This document shows, piece by piece, positions 1 through 8,606 of a DNA stretch of 64,000 nucleotides. A program made the translations under genes and the position numbers. Within the stretch, counting starts at the first letter, position 1, and every line of letters starts with the position of its first letter. Below the pieces are notes generated by a model. It was not told where the DNA came from. It did not search any database and worked only from the letters and a program-made list of their open reading frames with translations. The stretch comes from an uncultured Bacteroidota bacterium (GTDB taxonomy: Bacteria; Bacteroidota; Ignavibacteria; Kryptoniales; JAKASW01): NCBI GenBank assembly GCA_963768145.1, contig CAVYHK010000025.1, positions 96,001-160,000 of the forward strand, given 5' to 3'.

Positions 1-103
1 TCACGACAGGAGTTCCATTCGTCGTCTGGCGGAAAACCGGATCCCTCGTTAGATTTCCGGCAATTATGACGCTATTCATTTCAGGCATCTTCAAATCAGC
101 CAT
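1..103 (-). CDS. ssb: Single-stranded DNA-binding protein, N-terminal fragment (gene continues past window start)
   Basis: My own minus-strand translation from the ATG at 101-103 gives MADLKMPEMNSVIIAGNLTRDPVFRQTTNGTPVV.., the canonical SSB OB-fold N-terminus (N-x-V-x-x-x-G-N-L-T-R-D-P). GGAGGA lies just upstream. Position downstream of rpsF fits the usual rpsF-ssb synteny. Too short to appear in the ORF track. Confidence 0.8.
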   Translation of the reverse strand, partial: MADLKMPEMNSVIIAGNLTRDPVFRQTTNGTPVV

Positions 104-181
104 AGATCCTCCATCATAAATTTATCCTATGCTTCTCACGATCTCTCTCGGAACTGACCCGGGCAAACTTCTCCCGGCGAT

Positions 182-592
182 CTATTTTCCATCATGCTCT
201 CTTCCAGTCATAGCGGTCGAAATGTCAGCCTGCACGGTTCTCGAACTGCGCTGGCGACGCCGCTTCTTTACACCTGCACGCGCCTTTAACATGTTCTTGT
301 CGACCACAATGGTAAGGTGGCGGATGACGTCCTCGTCAAGCTTGAACGCCTGTTCCAGCTTAGGAATCATGTCTGTGGGGGACTTGTGCAACAGCTGGAC
401 GTAGAAACCTGCGTTCTTTTTCCTAATAGGATAAGCGAGACGCCTTCTTCCCCAGCGATCGGCATTTGTCACCTCGCCGCCATTCTTCGATATGAACTCC
501 TGATAGCGTGTGATCACGGTCTCGACTTGATTATCTTCGAGATTAGAATTTACGATAAAGGTTGTCTCATATTCACGTTGAGCGATATTCAG
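182..592 (-). CDS. rpsF: 30S ribosomal protein S6
   Basis: The track ORF 182..517 (..ADRWGRRRLAYPIRKKNAGFYV..) is S6. Homology continues upstream of the track GTG: my translation gives LNIAQREYETTFIVNSNLEDNQVETV. An in-frame TGA at 599-601 lies inside a GGAGGTG motif, so the only start candidates are CTG 590-592 or ATC 584-586. The 5' end is therefore uncertain. Confidence 0.85.
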   Translation of the reverse strand: MNIAQREYETTFIVNSNLEDNQVETVITRYQEFISKNGGEVTNADRWGRRRLAYPIRKKNAGFYVQLLHKSPTDMIPKLEQAFKLDEDVIRHLTIVVDKNMLKARAGVKKRRRQRSSRTVQADISTAMTGREHDGK

Positions 593-636
593 TTTGCTTC
601 ACCTCCTTTGCAGACCTAGCAGGTTCTTACTGCCTG

Positions 637-1209
637 TCAGGTCTTCGTTTCTTGATTAAACCTATTCATCGCAGCCTCCATCCCTTCGCTGATGAACACA
701 AACGCCGCATTGGCGGCATTCTTCACCATTTTTCTTACCTCTGGAATTTCGTCTGCGGAAAAATCAGACAGAACAAAATCCACCATGTATCTGCCCGGCA
801 CAACTTCGCCGGTTCCTATTCCGCATCTTAGCCGCGGAAAGCCATCGTCGTTCAAATGATAAATAATCGAAGAGACTCCGTTGTGACCGCCATCGCTGCC
901 GCCCCTTCTCAAACGGAGTCTTGCAAGGGGAATATCAAAATCATCATACACGATCAATAGGTCATCCAGATGGACACCGAACCTGTCGACGGCATCCTTC
1001 ACAGCGACGCCGCTGTTGTTCATGAAAGTGGTTGGTTTCACCAGGACAACTTCATCACCGGCGGGAGCAATTTGGGTTACGTAATATTCCCCTCTGCCCG
1101 GAGAAAATCTCTTTCTCGATTTTGAAGAAATTTCGTCAAGTACCATGAAGCCAACGTTGTGGCGTGTTTGCTCATATTCATGTCCAACATTTCCCAGTCC
1201 GACGATCAT
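637..1209 (-). CDS. pth: Peptidyl-tRNA hydrolase
   Basis: MIVGLGNVGHEYEQTRHNVGFMVLD..GGHNG.. are classic Pth motifs. I set the start at the internal Met (1209); the track start at 1263 is also possible. Confidence 0.9.
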   Translation of the reverse strand: MIVGLGNVGHEYEQTRHNVGFMVLDEISSKSRKRFSPGRGEYYVTQIAPAGDEVVLVKPTTFMNNSGVAVKDAVDRFGVHLDDLLIVYDDFDIPLARLRLRRGGSDGGHNGVSSIIYHLNDDGFPRLRCGIGTGEVVPGRYMVDFVLSDFSADEIPEVRKMVKNAANAAFVFISEGMEAAMNRFNQETKT

Positions 1210-1272
1210 CTTCTTCCCCAACCTACGCAATTCCTCATACGGATTAAAACCTTGACCAACCACTCTATCGGC

Positions 1273-2001
1273 TTACTTCTTTTCCTTCTCTTTTTCCTTC
1301 TCCTTCTCTTTCCCCTTCTCCTTTTCTTTTCCCTTTTCCTTCGGACCCTCTTCCGTCTCTTCGCCTTCCTCAGCTTTCTTTGCCTTTCCGATGACTTCCG
1401 GCTCGGTCGGCTCTTCACCTTCCACGACAGCCGCTGCTTCCGGAGTCTCCTCCTTAATTGTCGGAGGCGGAACTATAGTTACGATCGCCGACTCGGGATT
1501 ATCAAGAATTTTCACCCCTTCCAATTTCACATCCTTTATGTGGACCGAATCTGCAATGGCAAGATCCTCTACTTTGATCTCGATGGATTCCGGCACCTGC
1601 TCCGGATCACACTGGATTCTAATTCTGTGAATCGAATGCTGGATAATGCCTCCGTCTTTCACTCCTTTAGGCGTTCCGACAAGCTGGACGGGCACTTGAA
1701 CCGTTATCTTCTGCCCTTCTTTGATTCCGTGCAGGTCGAAATGCAGTATATTGCCGACAACAGGATCAAATTGCACTTCATTCAAGATCGCTCGACGTTC
1801 AGTTCCGTCCTGGAATTTCACCTTTATAAGATGAGCCGAACGCGAGGTCGCAAGGCTTCGGACGGGTGCTTCGTCTGCCTGCACAACCACATTCTCGGCT
1901 CCAAGATAAAACACGCCGGGAATTTTTTTCTCGGCAAAAAGCCTCTTCGATTTCTTCCCCAACAAAGTCCTTTTCTCAACATTCAAGACAACTTCTTCCA
2001 T
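1273..2001 (-). CDS. rplY: 50S ribosomal protein L25 / Ctc family with Lys/Glu-rich C-terminal tail
   Basis: The N-terminal roughly 190 aa has L25/Ctc-like sequence (..EVQFDPVVGNILHFDLHGI.. IQVPVQLVGTPKGVKDGG..). GAGGAAACA precedes the ATG. The tail (EKGKEKEKGKEKEKEKEKEKK) is encoded by a purine/pyrimidine-skewed simple repeat at about 1273-1390. Confidence 0.85.
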   Translation of the reverse strand: MEEVVLNVEKRTLLGKKSKRLFAEKKIPGVFYLGAENVVVQADEAPVRSLATSRSAHLIKVKFQDGTERRAILNEVQFDPVVGNILHFDLHGIKEGQKITVQVPVQLVGTPKGVKDGGIIQHSIHRIRIQCDPEQVPESIEIKVEDLAIADSVHIKDVKLEGVKILDNPESAIVTIVPPPTIKEETPEAAAVVEGEEPTEPEVIGKAKKAEEGEETEEGPKEKGKEKEKGKEKEKEKEKEKK

Positions 2002-2009
2002 TGTTTCCT

Positions 2010-2943
2010 CTACTTAATTTCAAATAATGAACTAATAGATTCATTTTGGTAAGTTCTTCTGATCGCCTCGGCAAAAAGTCTGGCGACAGATCTCACTTCA
2101 ATTTTTTCCGATTCGTGTTTCAACGGTACCGTGTCGCTTACGATGAGCTTCTTAATCGGACTGCCGTTAATTCTTTCAAAAGCGTTACCGCTGAAGACCG
2201 GATGTGTGCATGCACCATAAACATCAGCCGCACCTTCGGATCTTCAAAGCGTTCACTCCAGCAACAAATGTTCCGCCTGTATCGATAAGGTCATCAACTA
2301 TCAAAACATTCTTTCCCTTCACGTCTCCAATAATATTCACAACTTCAGCAACATTTGCCTTCGGTCTTCGTTTATCGATCAATACGAGATCGGCTTCGAG
2401 ACGTGTAGCATATGCTCTCGCGAATTTTATTCCGCCGACATCCGGCGACACGACGACTAGGTTCGATATCTTCAAATCTTTAATGTACTTCACAAAAACA
2501 GCAGATGAATACAGGTGATCCACCGGAATGTCAAAGAAACCCTGTATTTGCGCCGCGTGCAAATCCATCGTCAGCACACGATCCACACCAGCGTGAGTCA
2601 GCAAGTTGGCAATCAGCTTCGATGATATAGCGACCCGCGGTTGATCTTTCCTATCCTGGCGCGCATATCCGAAATATGGTATTACCGCCGTTACTCTCGA
2701 TGCAGACGCGCGTTTTGCAGCATCGATCATGATAAGAAGCTCCATCAGATTCTCTGCAGGCGGAAAAGTGCTCTGGATAATGAACACGTCTGCGCCGCGG
2801 ATGTTGTCTGAGTACTTCACCCAGATTTCGCCGTCGCTGAAATTTACGATTTCTCTCTCACCGAGAGGCTCGCCTATCTCGCGCGCAATTTTTTCCGCAA
2901 GCGGAATATTGCTGCGGCCGGAAAATATTTTTATACCATCCAT
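2010..2943 (-). CDS. prs: Ribose-phosphate pyrophosphokinase (PRPP synthase); frame broken once near 2238-2239
   Basis: The track ORF 2224..2973 ends prematurely (..DDLIDTGGTFVAGVNALKIRRCG*). My translation of the next frame continues with EGAADVYGACTHPVFSGNAFERINGSPIKKLIVSDTVPL..RSVARLFAEAIRRTYQNESISSLFEIK*, stopping at 2010-2012. That is the normal Prs C-terminus, and the total is about 311 aa. The likely start is MDGIKIFSG at 2943. Confidence 0.85.
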
Positions 2944-3145
2944 TATGGCTTTTGATTTTCTCTTGTTCAGCAAGGATTCTCTGCAGTCGGAGAATTCGGG
3001 TTTCCAGTAAAGTCAAAACTCTATCGGAAATACCTTGCCGGTCAGATAGTCTGAACTCAGATTTGTTAACAGCATTTCACGCATAGAAACGCCGTCTCGA
3101 CCATTCCCGCAAAGCTGTCGACTCGGCGAGACGACATGCGTTTCG

Positions 3146-3222
3146 CTGGGGCGGCAGGATTCGAACATACGAGTGTCCCGCAATGCGGGATGCCTTACCA
3201 ATTAGCTGATGCGTATAAGACC
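3146..3222 (-). pseudogene. tRNA-Gln-like remnant: good T-arm and 3' acceptor strand, shortened anticodon hairpin, degenerate 5' half overlapping the GIY-YIG stop
   Basis: The minus strand reads ..CATCAGCTAATTGGTAAGGCATCCCGCATTGCGGGACACTCGTATGTTCGAATCCTGCCGCCCCAG. From TTCGAATCCTGCCGCCCCAG onward it matches the intact tRNA-Gln at 3457..3528. The anticodon arm is TCCCG-CATTG-CGGGA (a 5-nt loop), and the 5' acceptor strand cannot pair. Confidence 0.45.
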
Positions 3223-3451
3223 CAGAAACCTTTCAGTCCCTTTGAGTAGCTTAAGCTGCCGCTCACGGCCCACCGCCTCCGATCGTGTCTCATATTTTTC
3301 AAAGTACACTATTGACCACGGACTGTAAGGCCGTTGCCGATTTCACTCTTCCTTCGTTATGCCTTCTAAGCCTGTTTGCCAGATCATTAGTCTGACCGAT
3401 ATAGAATCTCTTCGCTGTAAGGCTTCTCAGCACATAAACGTAGAAGTCCAT
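3202..3451 (-). CDS. GIY-YIG nuclease family small protein (UPF0213/COG2827-like), one frameshift near 3334-3335
   Basis: My own translation from the ATG at 3449-3451 gives MDFYVYVLRSLTAKRFYIGQTNDLANRLRRHNEGRVKSA, which contains the GIY..YIG motifs. The frame then slips by one base, and the next frame reads RPYSPWSIVYFEKYETRSEAVGRERQLKLLKGTERFLGLIRIS* (stop 3202-3204). The 250-nt length fits a 1-nt insertion. It is missed by the ORF track because both halves are under 60 aa. Confidence 0.7.
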
Positions 3452-3456
3452 CTATG

Positions 3457-3528
<72 letters not shown>

Positions 3529-3549
3529 ATTCTGGGACTCATAACAAAC

Positions 3550-3627
3550 TTGAGGCGTTTCAGCATCAGCATCCAATCCTGCGAGTGTCCCGCAAAGCGG
3601 GATGCCTTACCACTTGGCTACGCCCCA
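3550..3627 (-). pseudogene. tRNA-Gln-derived tRNA-like unit B (78 nt)
   Basis: The minus strand is TGGGGCGTAGCCAAGTGGTAAGGCA TCCCG CTTTG CGGGA CACTCGCAGGATTGGATGCTGATGCTGAAA CGCCTCA A. The 5' half is identical to tRNA-Gln. The 3' strand CGCCTCA can still pair with TGGGGCG through one G-U pair. The anticodon loop is only 5 nt, and no canonical T-arm (TTCGAAT) is present. Confidence 0.5.
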
Positions 3628-3648
3628 ATTCTGGGACTCATAACAAAC

Positions 3649-3726
3649 TTGAGGCGTTTCAGCATCAGCATCCAATCCTGCGAGTGTCCCGCAAAGCGGG
3701 ATGCCTTACCACTTGGCTACGCCCCA
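3649..3726 (-). pseudogene. tRNA-Gln-derived tRNA-like unit C (78 nt, same sequence as unit B)
   Basis: Same sequence as unit B, shifted by exactly 99 bp. Confidence 0.5.
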
Positions 3727-3999
3727 ATTTCTCAATTCAGAAAGAATTGCGACGCCTGGGATTATGCCAAGCGAACTTCTTAATGCGTCGTGGCGTAAAA
3801 TATAGCTGTTTGAAAGGATAAAACCAAAGCTGAAAGAGCATGAGTTTACGCTGGCCTGCGTGAGACAAGCGCATCGCATCCCTCAAGCCTCGACAAGATA
3901 CCCCGGCGCGATGAGCAATTCATACGTGCGGCTTACCGTTCGTCATATCGAGTTGCCGCGAAACCACCGCTGAAAGGTGAGTCGTACTGAGCTTGTACC

Positions 4000-5424
4000 C
4001 TATTTCAACATCAACATTTTCTTCATCGACACGAATTTCTGTCCGTCATTCCCGACAGCATTGATCCGGTAGAAGTAAACTCCACTCGAAAACTTTTTCA
4101 TGTCAAAAATCTGGTTGTACCTCCCTGCATTCATCGTTCCGTAATTCCATTCCTCAACTCTCTGTCCCAATCCATTATACAACTCAAGCGTAACACTCGA
4201 CGTTTCCTTCAAATCAAATCCAATTGTCGTCGCAGGGTTGAATGGATTCGGATAGTTCTGGTACAAAGCGCAACCCTTCGGAATGTCTACCTTCACCTGT
4301 ATCGGCAAGTAATCCTTTTTCGTCCCATCGGAACTCACACTCTCGACCGTGTACTCATAAGTATGACCATTAACGATATGACAGTCCTTGTATGAGTATT
4401 CTCTTCCGGTTGTAGACGTGCCTAGTCCACGTAAAGAAGGGTCCGATGTGTAACTGACTATCAACGACGGAACTCCCTTCGCAGCGTCCCTCCTAATTAC
4501 GTTGAAACCAAGATTGTTGATTTCCGACTGCGTCTGCCAGGTTAAGACTACTGCCCCGTTTGTGGCGGTCGCCTTGAAGCCGGTAGCCTCAACGGGGAGA
4601 GGATTCTCTGCCGAAGGAGCAGCGCTCACCTCATTGCTGAATCCACTCTCCAATCTCGCACTATCTATTGCCGTCACCTTGAAGTAATATGTCGTGCCGT
4701 TTGTCAGTCCGATCATTATCTTTGTCGTGTCGGTGATGGACGCCGAGGAAGAATCCACGAGCGTTTCGTTGCCCGAAATCGTGCTGTAATAGACACGGTA
4801 TTTCAAAAAATCAGCTTCGGTATTTCTGTTCCATTTGAGGGCGACTTGCCCGTCGGCGGCAGTCGCGACAAGATTCTGTGGTGCCAAAGGAGGCAAATTA
4901 ATGCCGTGATCAGCAGTAAACGCGTGGACGATCATCAGAGACTTGATCGTCGCATCTGTAATCGTCAGCCTACCCTGACTGCTGAGATCAAGGTTGAGTT
5001 TTGTTCCTCCAGTCGCAGCATCGTACATCTGAAAGGAACCACTCCACAGCTTCGTCGAATCCCATGTTATTGTCACAGGGTATCCTGACGAACTTGGTTG
5101 AAACTGCAGCGTCCATACATTCTCTTCGCCTTGAGCACTCAGGGTATCGCGGTAATCGATAGATAGGCCTTCGACACCCGGATCAAGCCAACGGACATCG
5201 AAGGCTCCCGTCGGAGGAAGGGGCGGAAGCTCATACTCTCCCAGACCAACATCGATGCCGGAAGTTGCCCCGTAGAGTTCGCCGAAGCGCACCGTGTCCG
5301 AAACACCACCGTTGTCTGAAAGGGTCAGCTTCAGCGAGCCTGTGGACTGTGCCATGACAGGTTCCATGGTGTAAAATGCCAATGCAACCGTCATCGAAAA
5401 CAACTCGATATAAAGACGTTTCAT
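4000..5424 (-). CDS. Secreted Fn3-domain protein with T9SS C-terminal sorting domain
   Basis: It has an N-terminal signal peptide (..AFYTMEPVMAQS). Its Fn3 module (APQNLVATAADGQVALKWNRNTEADFLKYRVYY..TYYFKVTAID) closely resembles the one in the 2386-aa protein. The C-terminus has LYQNYPNPFNPATTIGFDL..GVYFYRI.., the Por/T9SS CTD signature. Confidence 0.75.
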   Translation of the reverse strand: MKRLYIELFSMTVALAFYTMEPVMAQSTGSLKLTLSDNGGVSDTVRFGELYGATSGIDVGLGEYELPPLPPTGAFDVRWLDPGVEGLSIDYRDTLSAQGEENVWTLQFQPSSSGYPVTITWDSTKLWSGSFQMYDAATGGTKLNLDLSSQGRLTITDATIKSLMIVHAFTADHGINLPPLAPQNLVATAADGQVALKWNRNTEADFLKYRVYYSTISGNETLVDSSSASITDTTKIMIGLTNGTTYYFKVTAIDSARLESGFSNEVSAAPSAENPLPVEATGFKATATNGAVVLTWQTQSEINNLGFNVIRRDAAKGVPSLIVSYTSDPSLRGLGTSTTGREYSYKDCHIVNGHTYEYTVESVSSDGTKKDYLPIQVKVDIPKGCALYQNYPNPFNPATTIGFDLKETSSVTLELYNGLGQRVEEWNYGTMNAGRYNQIFDMKKFSSGVYFYRINAVGNDGQKFVSMKKMLMLK

Positions 5425-5448
5425 TGAATCCGCTATTCCTCCTGTTTC

Positions 5449-8400
5449 CTATTTTACGAGAACGATTTTTCTCGCAAAGGTCTGCCCTTCCGTAGTCAAC
5501 CTCACAATGTAGACACCAGAGGAGAAACTCGAAGCATCGAAGTTGACTTCGTGGCTACCACCCGGATATTCCCCGCTTGCAAGCGTTGTGACTTTTCTGC
5601 CATTTATGTCGTAGACACTCAACTCGACAACTTGAGCCTTCGGCAGATCAAACCTTATTACAGTGGATGGATTGAACGGGTTTGGAAAGTTTTGCTCCAG
5701 GTTTATCTCAGTTGGGATTGTGTTCTTCAATTCATGGAAAGTGACAATAGTCGGGACGCACCTGAGGATAAACTCCTGTTCAGTGGAATCTGAGATTATT
5801 AGGCTGGCATCTCCACTTATCTGAGTCCTTTTTGCACCGCTCGCTTTATTCTCGATCACATAGTACTTCATTCCACCCTGAATGATGTGCCATGATACGG
5901 TCAATGGGTAGTGGCTCGTTTGCACTTCCACAACGAGATCAGTGGAATCGGACTTCTGGGGAGAGACTCCAGAAACCTGTCAGATCCAAAGCGTGCATCG
6001 AATGCATCGTCAGGTGGCTTTGGTGGAAGTTCATACTTTAGCAAGGTTGTGGAGTCAAGGTCTGTCCTGCCAAAATAGAGTTTCTGAGAGAAAGAATCCG
6101 CATCGGCAACCTTTAAGTAATTAAGTGTGTCTAGGAAAGATCCGTTCACGCCCGCGGGATCAAGAGAAAAGAGGGAAATGTCAGTCTTCGTTAAAGCGTC
6201 AGTCTTAGCGATCAACATTCTGGACGAATAGATCCGACTGGCGTCAGTTCGCAGAATCAAGCTACCGGGATTGAAGACCTTTACCCAATATCCCATTCCA
6301 GGTACGAGTGAGTCGGCAACACGATACCCGCCCGTGAAATCAAAATAGAAAGAGGACACGTTTCCCGGCGGGGACTCATCAATACTGTCCACATCGACCG
6401 GGGCACTAATCGAGCCGATCAGGTTCCACCCGGCTTGGACGGAGAAGGTGTCGACTACAATTGGAAGGCCGATGAGACTCATAACAGAGGATGAGCCGAA
6501 CTTCAGCCAATAGCCGTGCTCGTTATGAAGAGTATCTGCCGAAACATATTTCTGATCGAAACTGAATGCCTTCGACGTCGCACCGGGGAACAAACTGAGC
6601 AGTGCATAAATGTCAGGAACCACTGGGACGGACACCATATTCCATGCCGACGACAAGTTTTCAGTCACCGTTATTTTCCGTGATTGGATTTGATAATACC
6701 CATCGGTCGTTCCAGTAAGGACATTTTTGCCCGATGTGTCACTCAAAACCACGTTTGACAAATGAATTTGAAATGTCCCCACCGTATCGCCAAGGTTCAC
6801 GGGCAGATCCATTACTGCGCCAGAGTCTGATGCGAACGGGGCAAGCGAAGGCGAGTATGCGATTACTCTGATGATACCCGACGTCAAAACTGATGCGGTG
6901 ATGACATGGTCCTTTTTTCTTGACGTCAGCTTGACTGAATCCAATACCGCAGCGATTGCAGGAGGAAGCTGAACGTCGCACTGAAAACCTGCTATGGCTT
7001 TCATGTTATCAAGATTGAAAGCAATCAGTCCGCTCTCTCCCTTGAACCCGACACCACCGGCGACACTCAACACATTTGGCAGATAGACATTCGCAGACAT
7101 GTTTACGTAAGCCGGGTCATGCTGCGAATCGTTGCTCCTGATTGTTATCTGAGCATTTTGTGCGCCTTCCTGTGTTGAATGAAATAAGATTACGACATTG
7201 TCCGAATTTCCCGGCGGTATGGTCGCTGGAACCACAAATGAAGTATGGAACAATGAATTATTGATAGAAAATGAATTTATCACAAGCGTGTCGCTGCCGG
7301 TATTTGAAATTACCAGCGTCGCACTTGCAGTATCTTTAGCCGAAACACTGCCGTATCCTATCGAGCTTGTGCTGAGCGAAAGCGTCGGTGATATAACCTG
7401 AATGCTGCCCGCATAAGAGCCCGACATTATGTTTGCAGCCGCTGAATCACTGATCACCACACTTGATGGCGGTAGTGCATAGCTGCCGCCTTGACCTTGC
7501 ACTAAGAAGTCCATTGTCAGGACGACTCCGCCGGTATCCTTGAAGGCAGAATTCGAAGGTGAATAGGCAATGACTGTCAGTGTATTCCCTGTCGTGTCGG
7601 CCGCCACGACGTGGTCAGTAGCCCTGCTCGAAAGATATACCGAACCACTTATGAATTTCGCAACGGATGGAAGCGGTACTCTAAACTGAAATCCTGTGAA
7701 TCGCTCCATGTCGTTTACAGAGACCGGGAGATGAAAGATGTAACCGGAGCGCCCGTTCGCAGAACCAACTCTCAATTCATTGACCGCAAAAGCTACACCG
7801 CCTTCCGTCACTTTCCGACTGGGACCTGCCGGATCGTCGCTTAAAATTGTGAGGATGCCGCTGTAAGTCCCTTTCTTTGAAGACATGAAAATGACATTTC
7901 TCATGATGCTTCCGCCTGCAGGTATTGTGGCAGCAGAAGAGTCATTCATGAGGAAGATATTTTGATTCATTGACATCTTAGATATGTGCAAATCAATGTT
8001 GCCTGTGTTCTTAAGCGTAATTGTCTGCGTTGCATCCTGGTACAGCGGCACTGACCCAAAGTTGATATCCTGAGGCGAGATATTAAGTTGCGGCGCGTTC
8101 AACGTGAAGAGTCCGCCATAGGCAGCGGTCAGAATATTGTGCTCAGCCGAATCGGCCACTGTCGCGTTCTGAATGCTAATTGGATAGGTCCCAGGTGCAC
8201 TCCCGCTGGCGAAATTTAAGGTGAGGACTGCTCCCGATGTGGCTTTGAATGCGCTCAAGCTAACCGAATACACAATTATTCTTAGCACACCCGGCGACAC
8301 GACGCTTGCTGACAAAGTTTGGTCGGCGGCCCTTGAAGTGAGCTGGGCGGAGCCGTCAACGTAAGTCAGGACGCTCGGATAATTGACATCCAGTTGAAAA

Positions 8401-8570
8401 CCAACGAAAGGCCCATCATTAGAAATGCAAAGTGAAAAAAGGGCGGTCTCATTTGGGCCTGTGCTTACACTGTCGAGGTGCATGACAGTCGAGGCGTGAA
8501 GGTCGGATTCTGCCAGCAATAAAAGCGCTGCGAGAAAGACAACCGTTTCTATTTTCTTCTGATATTTCAT
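5449..8570 (-). CDS. Large secreted protein with 3 x (cohesin-like + Ig-like) modules and a T9SS CTD; single frameshift near 5905-5930
   Basis: The track ORFs 5901..8570 and 5449..5931 overlap in different frames. Reading ..LPRSPIPL then LVVEVQTSHYPLTVSW joins them. Three repeats have the pattern FQLDVNYP../FQFRVPLP../FQCDVQLP.. ..LTSR..DH.. ..IRVIAYSPS..F....G.V. These alternate with NFGSV/GYGSV ..L.N.G...L.I Ig-like modules. The C-terminal ORF carries EQNFPNPFNPSTVIRFDL..GVYIVRL (CTD). Confidence 0.7.
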
Positions 8571-8606
8571 AAAACACCTTCAGTCAGGTAACTTGTCCGT
8601 AAATCA

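Noticed and set aside
1159-2052. A 297-aa plus-strand ORF, and the 70-aa Arg/Lys-rich minus-strand ORF at 1206..1418
   Set aside because: Both are alternative-frame or antisense readings of rplY and its Lys/Glu-rich simple-sequence tail. They have low-complexity composition (FLLLLF.., RRKRVRRKREKKRRR) and overlap well-supported genes.
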